From assembly GCA_000320545.1 (NCBI GenBank), contig ADNK01000289.1, positions 1 to 48,967 of the forward strand: a stretch of 48,967 bases of DNA, in the 5' to 3' direction. Positions within the stretch are counted from its first letter, which is position 1, and each line of letters begins with the position of its first letter. The notes beneath the pieces were generated by a model. It saw nothing but the letters and a program-made list of their open reading frames with translations, was not told the origin of the DNA and made no database searches. Below, piece after piece: positions 1-11,475 of this stretch. Position numbers and translations under genes: made by a program. This stretch comes from Bigelowiella natans CCMP2755 (taxonomy: Eukaryota > Protista > Cercozoa).

Positions 1-1
1 C

Positions 2-247
2 TACCCTGGATTACGAAATATGGAGAGGGTAGCTATGAAAATAAAGGACGGAAAATATCAGCTACTCTACCTAGCTGTTCCCGACTTACCCTTTGAGCAC
101 TGGTATAAGGTCCTGGGGGACCTTGATGCAGAGGGCTGGTATGGACACGAACCTAAGGACGAAGGTGAGTTCTGGGTAAGCGACAAAGGAGATAAGGTTA
201 GAGAGGAATCTATTACCTGGTGGTTGGTGAAGTTCCGAAAGCGATGA
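2..247 (+). CDS. C-terminus of Gag-Pol polyprotein of copy A (methyltransferase-like tail), partial
   Basis: Translation YPGLRNMERVAMKIK...WWLVKFRKR* matches the end of the 1657-aa ORF at 23911-28884. Confidence 0.95.
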   Translation, partial: YPGLRNMERVAMKIKDGKYQLLYLAVPDLPFEHWYKVLGDLDAEGWYGHEPKDEGEFWVSDKGDKVREESITWWLVKFRKR

Positions 248-290
248 AGGTCTAAGGGAATAAGGAAGGAAGGAAGGAGCAACGTGACTT

Positions 291-298
291 GGGGGAGG
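291..298 (+). other. Polypurine tract (PPT) of copy A
   Basis: GGGGGAGG directly abuts the TG start of the LTR at 299. Confidence 0.85.
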
Positions 299-624
299 TG
301 TAGCGCGTACCACTACGCGGGCACAAGTCACGTGCGACAACAAAGGGGTTGTCGCGGATATAGAATATAGATAACGTAGATATTAATACAGCATAGGCAC
401 GTGGGTTCCGGCGGGACTCATGGCAGCACACCGGAAGTGTGCTGCCCCACGTGCGGCGGCATTCGCGAAAGCTTCGCGAATGATTACGCAGTGCACGATT
501 TAATAAAAATATAATCTTTAATAAAAATAAACACAACTCTTCAAAAGGAAGCAAACGTGCCTTTCCCCCCCCCTGCCTACTTGTGCACGTAGCGCCTCGG
601 CCTGTGAACACCTTACGCGCAACA
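299..624 (+). repeat. 3' LTR of copy A (326 bp)
   Basis: TG...CA termini with imperfect 11-bp terminal inverted repeat (TGTAGCGCGTA / TACGCGCAACA). AATAAA motifs near 502 and 520. Matches both LTRs of copy B. Confidence 0.97.
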
Positions 625-1444
625 CCCAACCCTTGCTCCTTCCCGTGTCAGCAGGTGGCTAGGTGGGCGAACAAGCACGCCCTGAGAGCACCTGCAAGGA
701 AAACTAGAAAAGCGCTGAAAGGCACCAGCAACTGCCCGGTGTTCACGAAGAACAGCGTGACAACGAGCACAACGAGGAGTTCAGCCTTGGGTCCAGACCA
801 ACGCGACGGCGACCGCACGAAATTGACAAAAAAGACGCCGGTGGCGATCATCAGCTGGCTAGCTGGTTCATCGTGCCAAGCCATCCTCGGCAGGCATTCG
901 GAGACATCTCGGAGATGCCATGTGCATGGGCACGATGACAGATGACATGCCCACCCCCACTCCGGCGCAACTGCCCTGGAGATGATCGCGTGAACCGGCA
1001 CACGACTCAATGCCAGCATGATGCACCCCGAAAGCAGGGGGACACCTGCCACGGTGATGGCTCTAGGACGGCAGACCACATCGGTGAGCGAGCCCGTGGT
1101 GATTGAACCCAACAACAACATCGCCCCTACCTAGCTACGTTGACGATGGATGAGAACAGCGAGCCCATGTAAGAGCTTACGTGGCTGTCCTCACAGTGGC
1201 CGTCCATGTAGCTGGGCACGAACACATTGCGACTGTTCTGCCCGAACATCGCTGGAAGCGTGGAGCTCGTGAAGCCCATGGTGCATCCAAACATGAAGGC
1301 CCCAAAGCCGCTTAACAACGCGTATGCCATCGTCTCATGGAAGGCACCCAGCGATGCCACCGATGGGGCTGCTCCTTCCGCTTCCTTCCCTTCATCGACC
1401 AGACGCTCGTGGAAAGCCTGCCCAGAAAAGCTTGAAATTCCCAT
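625..1444 (-). pseudogene. MFS sugar porter (sugar transporter) pseudogene interrupted by the LTR element
   Basis: Motifs GAFMFG(C)TMGFTS, GSLFSSIVNV.GAM..GS, and across frameshifts SVIVPM(H)ISEMSPNA(C)RGWLGTMNQL. In-frame stop at 1127-1129, small insertions, and truncation by the LTR at 624. Confidence 0.85.
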
Positions 1445-2345
1445 CCGCCACGGTCGCAGCTTTGCAGTGGATTTGCTGCCTCGGAAACTGCAGCAGAAGA
1501 TGGATTCCCCCTGCCAGATCGGAAATGTCAGATCTTGGTAGGATGGAGGTCCCAGGAAAATTGATTTTCGCTTGGCCCCGGCCCTCATCCCTATGAATGC
1601 ATGCACCCCACATGAACGCAACAAATCGCTATCATTTGACGTTCGATTCCTTGTTTTGATTCTATTCTATGACATGGAACAATTCATGTCGTAGGATGAA
1701 ATAGCATGGGATTCTTTTACTAAATTTCACTCATCGACGTATCACCACACGCCTCATATTCCACAGGGTGTTGGCATCCTCCGTGACCCCCCCCTCCTTC
1801 TCTTTTGAATACTATCCCATTTAGTCTTGTGCCACAATTTTTTGGCAAAGGGGAAAAGAAGGTTCGAGGAGAGAGCTGGAGAGGTAGACACGATATTGAA
1901 AGGTCTCGGGGGCGATGATGCTCAGGTACCCCATACAGCATGAACTATGACGGAAAATTCGTAATATCATGCTTGAGTTAGTTTCAGGTGGATTTGATAA
2001 AACGTAAGGTAATACTTGGTACTTCTTCCGAATTTTTTGGCACACAGGCACCAGCACATGTCTTCATCCGTTCTCCGGGACTCTGGAGCCGTCTTGGCAG
2101 TGATGGGGATTGTCACCATCGCAACTTTGAATATGCAACAAAAAGATCGAACTTCATATCTGGTCATATGCATTGTTGGATTTTTGATTTTTGTGCTGCT
2201 CATCATCAAGCACCAACGTTCTCACCACTTCTCCTTATCATGGAGGGAAAGATGAACAAACATATTACTAGAAAGATGAACAAACACATTACTAATAGTA
2301 GTAGTAGTACAAATATTTTTATTGCTTAATCCAGTAGTAGTAGTG

Positions 2346-2381
2346 ACACACACACACGCACACGCACACATGCACACACAT

Positions 2382-2458
<77 letters not shown>

Positions 2459-2480
2459 TACACATACACATACACACATA
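2346..2480. repeat. Compound microsatellite (CA)n/(CT)n/(CA)n
   Basis: Directly visible dinucleotide runs. Confidence 0.95.
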
Positions 2481-2631
2481 CTACTACTGCTGATTAAAGG
2501 TGACACTGCGTCGTACAACTGTTGAGAGCAAAACATCCACCATGCATCAGAATCAACATCTTGTGCGGCCATTTTATTCCTGTTGTTAGCTATCTCATCA
2601 AATGATAACTGATTAGGGCACATGCTCCAAA

Positions 2632-4770
2632 TTGGGTCGGCACACAAGAACAAGACCCAATTGCTTCCACTCCTTTCCATCTTCAATCGGTGTTGGAACA
2701 TCCCGTGCGATTTCGAACATGAATCACGTCCAAAATACCAGAAACCGTTACTCGATTGATTTGGTCAAATCATCACGCCAAAGACGTCTTCAACCACTCG
2801 CCAGCATACCGAGAGGAGATACTGGGGGAGCAATGGTGGTGGCAGAAGACTTACTGGTCGGCGTTGGAGATTCGGATCTTGTAAAAGACGTGGACCTCAA
2901 GATCTTGCCTGGGTATCGATATGGGATCGTAGGACAGAACGGAGTCGGGAAGTCGACCTTCCTGAAGATATTGACAGGAGACTTGTTACCTGTGCATGGG
3001 AGCATATTTGTTGATGCGAAAGCATCGGTTGGCTACCTCAAACAAACCGCAGTTAGTGGATCTCAACTTAGCGTGGAAGACGAGGTGAAGTCACAGATGC
3101 ATAAGCTTAACGCTGCGAAAAAGGAGCTGCAGCAAGCGGAGCTCGATTCGCAGGCAGACCCATCGGAGAGAAACCTTTTGGCCCTGGAGGCAGCACAAGA
3201 AGGATTTCAGAATACCGGCGGTTATACGGTGGAATCTCGAGTGTCGAAGGTTCTGAGCGGGTTAGGATTTAAGCCTAAGGACTTCTCTAGGAAATGTTCA
3301 GAATTTAGTGGTGGATGGCAAATGCGCATAGCCTTGGCGCGGACGCTACTCTCCGACCCTAGCCTGCTGCTGTTGGACGAGCCAACGAATCATCTTGACA
3401 GTTCTGCCAAAAATTGGTTATCGGGGTATCTGTCGGCATACGAGGGGACCTTAATGATTGTCTCGCACGATGAAAACCTGTTAGACCGTGCATGCAACCG
3501 AATTCTAGAGATACAGAGCCAGAAGCTCGACGAATACCGCTGTGGCTTGAGGCAGTTCCGGAAGGAGAGAGAGCTTAGAATTCAACAACAAAAAGCTGCC
3601 TACGAACGCCAACAAGAAGAGATACAGAAGCTTGAGGGTTTCATTGAAAAATTCGGTGCAAAAGCCACTAAAGCCTCGGCTGCTGAGTCGAGAAAGAAAC
3701 AATTGAGTAAGATGGACAGGATTGAGGCTCCAACTGGGAAAAGGAAGAAACCGATTCTTAAAATACCTCCCCCCCCTCCTAATGACGTATATGTTGCACA
3801 TCTTGAGAACGCCACCTTCGGTTGGAATTCGGAGCCACTCATAAAGGAAGGCGACTGGAGAATAGAAAAGGGAGAAAGGTGGGTCATTCTTGGTGAAAAT
3901 GGCGCGGGAAAATCAACATTAATGGCTGCTATGCGGGGATCCCTTCCACTCAAATCAGGGAGTCTGTATCACAGCGATCGTACAGTATTAGGTGTGTTCA
4001 CACAAGATCTTGCCCAAGATCTGCCACAAGACAAGACCGCCCTACAGCACGTTCTTGACACTGTTCAAGTAGCGGGTGGAATGAAAGATGGAGATGGGAG
4101 AGCGGCTTTGGGGGCGTTGGGACTCTCTGGGCCCAAAGCTCTTCGGCGAATCGGAGATCTATCGGGCGGCGAAAAGGCGCGTGTCGCTTTAGCGCTCCTC
4201 ACGTTGCAGCCTGCCAATTTGATGTTGCTCGACGAAGTCACAAATCACTTGGATGCCGAAACAGTAGACGTTTTATGCAATGCCCTCCGAAAATGGAGTG
4301 GGAGCCTGGCAGTAATTACCCACGATAAGAGCTTTGCTGAGAAAATCGCTCCAACCCACGTTGCTCTTGTGAAGAAGGGAGGAAGAGTAGAGACACACGA
4401 TGGCGGTTTGCAACCGTCAGATTTTGATTTCATAGCTAATGACGATGATGTGGGGGATGGATCTACCGCTGCAACGCGGCAAGTGGATGCTCATGAACAA
4501 AAGAGAGCAAGAGAAGAGGAGAATAAATTAAGAAAACAAGTGATGAGCACGCCAAAAAAGATCACATCGATTGAGAAAAAGGTGGAAATGTTGGAAGAAA
4601 AGTTAAGTTTGATAGATGAACAACTTGCTCAGGCCAACTCAGAAGTCGAACTAGCGATGAAACTGAGTGAAGAGCGAGAAGGAGTACAAAATGAAGTGGA
4701 TGGGTTATACGGAGAATGGGAAGAACTCGAGGCTTTCCTTGCAGAACACAAGGCATTGTTACCTAGTTAA
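2632..4770 (+). CDS. ABC-F family ATPase (two ABC domains plus C-terminal coiled coil); start uncertain, N-terminal extension may be a targeting peptide
   Basis: Walker A GQNGVGKST and GENGAGKST, signatures FSGGWQMR and LSGGEKAR, Walker B LLLDEPTNHLD and MLLDEVTNHLD. Inter-ABC linker present, no TM segments. Confidence 0.93.
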   Translation: MGRHTRTRPNCFHSFPSSIGVGTSRAISNMNHVQNTRNRYSIDLVKSSRQRRLQPLASIPRGDTGGAMVVAEDLLVGVGDSDLVKDVDLKILPGYRYGIVGQNGVGKSTFLKILTGDLLPVHGSIFVDAKASVGYLKQTAVSGSQLSVEDEVKSQMHKLNAAKKELQQAELDSQADPSERNLLALEAAQEGFQNTGGYTVESRVSKVLSGLGFKPKDFSRKCSEFSGGWQMRIALARTLLSDPSLLLLDEPTNHLDSSAKNWLSGYLSAYEGTLMIVSHDENLLDRACNRILEIQSQKLDEYRCGLRQFRKERELRIQQQKAAYERQQEEIQKLEGFIEKFGAKATKASAAESRKKQLSKMDRIEAPTGKRKKPILKIPPPPPNDVYVAHLENATFGWNSEPLIKEGDWRIEKGERWVILGENGAGKSTLMAAMRGSLPLKSGSLYHSDRTVLGVFTQDLAQDLPQDKTALQHVLDTVQVAGGMKDGDGRAALGALGLSGPKALRRIGDLSGGEKARVALALLTLQPANLMLLDEVTNHLDAETVDVLCNALRKWSGSLAVITHDKSFAEKIAPTHVALVKKGGRVETHDGGLQPSDFDFIANDDDVGDGSTAATRQVDAHEQKRAREEENKLRKQVMSTPKKITSIEKKVEMLEEKLSLIDEQLAQANSEVELAMKLSEEREGVQNEVDGLYGEWEELEAFLAEHKALLPS

Positions 4771-6265
4771 ACTTTGACTAAATTGTTTCTCATCATCAAA
4801 ATAATTTGTAGTATGCGCTACGCTATGATTTGATTTATTATTTAATCGATACTATCAATTCCAGCGTTGATACATCAAATCCTGCGCGTTGAAGTTGTCA
4901 AACCGGCGCTAATGTGCGACTTGCATACATCGCGCTTAATCATACGCATCGCATCGCATTGCATCGCATCGCATCTCACAAGCAAAAATTTGCATTGCAC
5001 GCGCCAGTACTTCGATTCACTGTCACATTTCAACGCTGTGCAAGATAGACAACGAAACGGCACACTCATGCTGTGTGGAACTGCCTGTATCTAGGTACAT
5101 TGCCTATCACCTAGTAGTCTAGTAGCTCAGACATAAAACTACATAATTAACTTTGACCATGAGGCAGCTGCGTACACGCAATGATCTTGGTACTATATAT
5201 ACAGTGTGCGGAATCGCACTGTACGTTTCGTCTCTGATAGCTGGATTCTTTCTTGGTATGCGTGCTAGCATTCGGCAGAAATAGAATGTATGTACTGCCT
5301 CTTGTTAGCTATATCTTTGTGCCGCGTCCGTGTGCCGAACGCCAGCTTAAAGCCATCGGCAGCATCGGAGCAGCTAGAGCAGTGCTTCGCCGCATTCTTA
5401 ACTTTCACACATACGTAAATTTGGACCAGCAACCATCTAGCCATGACGACTTCGCGAGGCTTATATGGCCATGCCAGTTGTGCATAGCATAAACAATTCT
5501 GTGCGCGTGGGTCATGCGATCGACGCAGTCTGCTTTCGATCAAATCGATTCTATTTTCTGCTAGCTAAGCTTAACCTTCATATCTAGTAGATGGTCTGTT
5601 GTGGGTTGAAACACAAACAAGCTAGAAACAACATGTAACATGAACATGCTTCTGCGAACCATTGTGATGTCTTTGGATTTGTGACAAACTAACATTCATA
5701 TGTACATGGTCCGTTGGTACAAAGTTCATAGATGATATACAATGGAGCGAGCGCGTAAAAAAGTGAAACATTGCCAACTCGCACCACTGCACAAGTATGT
5801 ATTTCGATGATCATTCTCAGCCAAGATGCTGAGACGACAGCAGAATTTCATGTCAAGCGCGATCAGATGGACTGCAATAGTGCAAGATAAAAGCTAAAAT
5901 CAGAAATTCGTATCTCGTTCTGAATCATTACATTATAAACGATAATGGTCATCTCGCACCAAATCCAAATTGCTCTTATAGTTCGCGTACCAGCAAAACT
6001 AAAAATCAGGAGCGAATTTGACATTTAACTAGTTTTATTCCCCCATCAAATCCTAAGGAATGTATGCAAATATGAGGCACAAATCATATTATCTTTTGCT
6101 CATTCTGAGTACACTCTGTCACAAAACATACTAAGTCAAAGAATGTCGGATCATTTCCCTCCGCAGGCCTCTGATTTCCTTTTTCTTCAACGCCTTGATC
6201 ATCCTCATCTGTGAGTATTGGGTTCATCAAATTGAATACTTGTCTTTTGTCTCTACTATGTTTAT

Positions 6266-8320
6266 GATAAGACGACGTTAAATCGATCACCAGGTCCAGG
6301 CAACACAAACGGGGAATTGTTGCTTTGTGGTGGGCTTGTCATTCTACTCAAATCGACAGCCTCGTTACTTTGGCCAAAAGCTGCTTCAAGAGAGACTAAG
6401 AGCAAAAACACCAGTTCTGTAAACTCAAGAAAGCATACAACCGATTGATGAGACCATTGTTTGTAATAATGCCAATGTTGAAATGAGAGAAACAGGGAGA
6501 TGGTGTCTTCTTACTGAGCTCGGCATCTGGTTGCTGCATTTCCATGTCCTCATCCTCCTGTCCAATGAACAATAACCGATTGTGATCGTTTTACTTAATG
6601 TTTGGCTGATTGCACAGATACCTCATCGTCAAGCACCTGGACCTGGATACTCCTTTTTTTCTTTTTCTTCTATTCTCATGAAGCAAGGAGGGGTATGAAA
6701 CACAACACCACCGATTTGTAAGTTTGGGATCATCCATAAGAGGAGATAAATTTTACTTTCTTTTTATCCTTTTTCTTCTTCTTTTTCTTCTTTTTCTCAG
6801 GTTGCTTCTTTTTCCTGCCGAGGTCATCACCGTCATCCTGATTGTCCTGTCAAAACGTACATGCTGGCGATTACCACTCGAAAAGCGACACGTTATTCAC
6901 CGCAAAAGATATGCACACGTATGCCAATATAGTACCATGCGAATGCATGAAGATACACGTGTGCGCGGCGCGCAGGTTTATTGATATAGAAGTGCGTAAC
7001 ATACGTTTTGCTGATGGCTTCGATGAGTGGCTTTACTATCCAACTCTGGGTCCGTCTCATCCCCCCCTTACACGAACACAACACAAGAAAAATTATTGAA
7101 CGAGGGGAGGGGAGTGGAGGCTCGTCGAAAGGTTGAACCTAATGCATCCATATCGTCCCCACCCCTCCTTTCCATGACTTGCATCTGAAGAGGAAGATGA
7201 TTTGGGTCGTGAACAATTCAAACGACATGTTGATGTGCATCGAGAAAATGTCAGATAACAACTGCACTTTAACGAGGGATATGGGGGGAGGGTACCGACT
7301 ACAAATGATAAATCAAATCTACCTCTTGATCTTCCATCATATCAACAGGACCAAAGCCACCGATGTCATTGCTTCTATTTTCACCAGGAGTTTGTCTGAT
7401 GCCCCGAGGATGATATATCACATTCGGTACAATATATATCGAAGGGAAAAAAATTTGAATCGACGATGATGATCACAAAAGCACCAGAAGGTCAGAGTGA
7501 GTAACCTGAAGCTATACATTCCAACCACGACCAGGCCCAGGGACACGAGGAGAAGTACGACTACAGTGCGACTAATATAGTCCACTTTACCCTGATCAGC
7601 TGTACCGAATGCAGAGGAATCGGCAGCTGTTGGGCTTAGGCTTGGGCTTTGAGTTGGGTTTGGGCTTGGGCTTTGAGTTGGATTTAGGCTTGGGTTTTGA
7701 GTTGGATTTAGGCTTGGGCTTTGAGTTGGATTTAGGCTTGGGCTTTGAGTTGGATTTAGGCTTGCTGTTGACGGGCTGAGACTATGAGGGCTACGGGTTG
7801 GATGCATCGTGTAGGTTGGACGACCCGTAGGTACACGTGAAGAATATGGAATTGCGGATGTGGTATCTGGCGATGTAGTTGGATGAGACGTAGTATCAGA
7901 GGTTGGTGGCCGTGATTCTATTGGACTCATTGTAGGATTCGCTGTAGCAGGACTCAGTGTAGGACTCGCTGTAACAGGACTCGGTGTAGGACTCGCGGTA
8001 TGACTTGCTATAGCTGTAGGACTCGCTGTAGTAAGACTCACTGTAGTAGGACTCACTGTAGTAGGACTCGCTATAGCTGTAGGACTCGCTGTAGTACTCG
8101 CTGTTGTAGATGACAAAACTTGTGATGAGTTACGCTCTTGGAAGTGAATTTACCATCGCGTGAAATCATTCTCAGCATGATGCACGATTCCCTGGTGCAC
8201 CCCACCTACACGCCTCCATTGTGCTCCTACAGACTGCTTCAAATGACCACATCATTCAAACGTACCTGAGACCGCCAGAATGCAAGAACACAGCGCCAGG
8301 CCTACAACGCCTTGGAACAT
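6266..8320 (-). CDS. Multi-exon membrane protein with Ser/Thr/Pro mucin-like stalk, single TM segment and Lys-rich cytoplasmic tail; may extend upstream towards about 11270
   Basis: ORF 7418-8116 has ASPT and PTQSPSLN repeats followed by hydrophobic TVVVLLLVSLGLVVVG. Downstream GT-AG-bounded exons include DNQDDGDDLGRKKKQPEKKKK. Outer boundaries are approximate. Confidence 0.6.
7632..7763 (-). repeat. 24-bp coding tandem repeat (PTQSPSLN, about 5 copies)
   Basis: Repeated unit GCTTGGGCTTTGAGTTGGATTTAG on the + strand. Confidence 0.9.
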
Positions 8321-9531
8321 TACCTGAGCAATAAAGCGCGTTAAAGTTCTCCTAACTATGAGAAACAAGGGGTGTGATCCGGGGTCAACAACCTCGGGCC
8401 ACGTAGTATGTAGATCTATCTAATGGAGGTCGGAGGATAGGATCAACAGCAGCGGTGTTGTGAGTATCGTATTGTTGTAAGTGTTGTAGGATTCTGGACA
8501 GAAACTGCCTATGTAATCATGTATAACTACTCTGCATCAAACAACTCAGCTGTTGGAAATAATACGAGCGTTGCCCGATCGTCACACCAAATACGACACA
8601 TGGTTAAAGACTCATTGAAAAAAGTTCTACCATTCATTCGTCAATACAACATCTGAAACAACACGTTTTTCTCGAGTAAAGACCTGGCAACAACACTAAC
8701 AACAACTCCCCCCGTCGCCCCACCCAGGCTACTTCCGGCCTCCATGCAGGAGATGCGGCGACGTGCCGTAGATCGAGGCGATCGCGACGGACCCGTCGCT
8801 GATCCCTCGCTGGTGCGGAAAATCGCACGGAGTGTGAGAAGGGTACACGCGCAACCTTCTACGAACACCAAGTAATTAAGCCTCAAATATGGTGCAACAG
8901 GTGGACTTTTATCCAAAATATGACTCCGAGAATGTAAGATCCGTCCAGACCACCTCTGGTGCCATTCTCTCGCTCTGTACCGGTATCTATTTGATGAATC
9001 AGTAGCCTCCCACGACTCAAACAGTATCGTTTCTCTTCACACATATTCAGGGCTTGTGATCCTGTACCTGATTTACTGTGAGACCCTGGCCTATTCAAAG
9101 GTCACTAGGACAGACCACGTCGGAGTTGATCTCAAGGTAGATCTTGAGCCATTAGTGCAGTTATCAAGCCACGACAAAGTGACCCTTATTTTTACAGAGT
9201 GGAAGGGATTTGGTAGCCAAATTAAATGTATCGTTCTCTCTCCTGAAGTGCGAGGTAAGGCATCATCGACGTTTCATCGAAGCAATATTTTCCTCCCTTT
9301 CAAGATTAAATAAATGATATCAGAGCTTGAATATGATCATCTTAGATGTAGGATGTTGTCGAAGTACTCTCCGAGTCTATATTATTCTCCCCCCCCCCCC
9401 CCTCCTGCCCTCCTGAGCATAACATGCTTGCGATCAGAACTTGCACTTGGTCGTCCAAGACGTGCTGGGCAACATCCAAGTACGAATTGAACAAGAGTCA
9501 CCTATATGTAGTAGTATCGACTGGTTTAGAC

Positions 9532-9599
<68 letters not shown>

Positions 9600-11475
9600 A
9601 TATTTAATACTTTCTTTCATTCCGACTCCCTGCGTATATGCACATTTTATTATGTTGCATTCATTCTTTTAACGTGATTTTATAGGAAAGCAGCCTGGAT
9701 TCCACCAAAAAAATTCCATTAAGTGCCTCCGGGAACCCTGTAAATATCTCGGAAACGATAGAACCCTCCTCCTCATCCTCCTCTTCATCGCCTCGATCTG
9801 GTTGAAAGTTGGATGATGACAGATTGGCCACATCACATAGTAATGGTCCTTCGATTTATTTTGTGTTTGTCCTCTTTGATAGCGGGTTTGCGAAGGGACA
9901 AGGGATGCAGAATCGAAGCGAAGATTAACCTGAGAAAGGTCGCTCTTGAACAACCCAAAGGATTTGTGTCACATGTACCAAATTCTTGCCCCAATAAATA
10001 TGTGTGAATTGTGTAAAGGCTGCTGATGCGAGACTAACTTATTGAGCCATGAGCTCGTGATTCATACGTAACCACAGAACATGATATTACTTTCTAGGTA
10101 AAGGGCAATTTTCACGTAACACTTGGCCGGGCTGAGAAGGTAATAGTAAAAAAGGAACTAGACGAGGACATTGTGAAGGCTCTATCTAGTATGCTGCTCT
10201 GCTTTGCTTCCTATTGCTTATTTTACTTTATATTGGCAGCTTCCAGATGGCAGGCTCGTACACCACTTCAGTATGGCAGATGCAAAAATGTTCAGAGCGC
10301 AACATACAATCCATGAACTCAGGTGGTTTCCAGGCAGCTCTTCATTTTGAATCGCATGCCATATCTGATGTGCTCCGTTGCGCATGGTGGTGTGTACGTT
10401 CAGCTTTGGCTCTGAATATGAAGGTCGAAGGAATGCTCTCGATGGCCACATGTACTACCACGAAAACAACTGTTGGTTCTCATTTCATCTGAGATGGTTG
10501 ACATTGTTTTTGCTTTTCAAAGAGCGAGTGTCGGTGATTCCCCCGGTCATTACCAGTATTTTCTGAAGATTGTACCGACGCTATTCAAAGGCAGGAAAGG
10601 GTTTGTAGCCAACAACGCAACAGACTAACCAAAGGGTCTATCTGAGATCATAATTTGACGTTTGAATAATATAGCAACGTGATCGATTCGGCACAATTCG
10701 CGGTAACTCATCAGCAGACCCCGGTAAAGTAAACTATTGAAAGAGAGAGAGAGTGAGCAACGACCAGTGCGGTGATCGGTATCGTCTTATATCGTCATAC
10801 TTTGATTTCCGTCTTATTTACAGGTTGAAGTCGGAAGAAGAAATTCCGCGCACATCATACCAGGGGTATCTACCCCATTAGAATCATATTTGTAGTAATC
10901 ACGGATATGTGGGAGGGACGACGTCCAATGTATCACTCCAAATGCTACTCCATTAGGTATTCTTTGTTTATGAAATATCTGCATACATGGTGACGGTCAC
11001 AGAAACGCAAATGCACTGGACCAGTTTCCTGATAAGGTTTGCACTTTTCGCTTCCTTATGATTTAACCGCTAAGATGGATTCATAAAACGTACAGTGTGT
11101 GCGCTGTGGTCGGAGGCACATTTACAATCGCAGGAGTAGCCAGTGCGGTGCTTCATCACGGAGTCAAAGCTTTAGGGTGGAATAAAAAGAGTAGTGCGAT
11201 TGCTGCATCTGAACGCCGAACTATGCGTTTAGGATGATGGAAGTGGCGACGATGTTGAGCGAATTTTGCCATAAATGAATTACATCTTACGTTTCATAAA
11301 AGTTGATATTATAATTATAATTATATTGAATGAATTGAAAAGTTATGATTTGTTGCATCATTGATGGATACATTCGATGCATGCATGAGAATAAAAAAAG
11401 TTGCACGATTGAGGAAATCCAGCCAGCCCCATGTGCATGAGTTAACTACTCCACAGGCGTATGTACGTCCACCTA

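Larger units (their letters stand above)
1..624 (+). mobile_element. 3' end of Ty3/Gypsy LTR retrotransposon, copy A (truncated by window start)
   Basis: Reverse complement of 23534-24157 with no difference seen by eye. Comprises the end of the pol ORF, the PPT and a complete 326-bp LTR. Confidence 0.97.

Noticed and set aside
397-482. Hammerhead ribozyme in the LTR
   Set aside because: No CUGANGA core with matching GAAA junction on either strand. Kept only as an unassigned structure.
625-1127. CpG methylation/deamination or classical RIP as the cause of TG/CA richness
   Set aside because: CpG remains abundant and TA is the depleted dinucleotide. RIP would increase TA, and the codon changes run from TAC to TGC/CAC.
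2016-2255. Small two-TM protein ORF, followed by a 24-bp tandem duplication near 2247-2294
   Set aside because: Possibly the last exon of a small gene, but no consistent start, splice model or family could be supported.
2222-2701. ORFs made of VCVC/ERER/LSLS/YIYI runs here and elsewhere
   Set aside because: They are translations of intronic or intergenic microsatellites.
7632-7763. CRISPR-like array
   Set aside because: Head-to-tail coding repeats without unique spacers, in a eukaryotic gene.
8400-11275. Peptidase-like extracellular domain upstream of the mucin stalk (fragments such as RVTLSWLD)
   Set aside because: Probably exonic, but I could not assemble a reading frame or find catalytic motifs.
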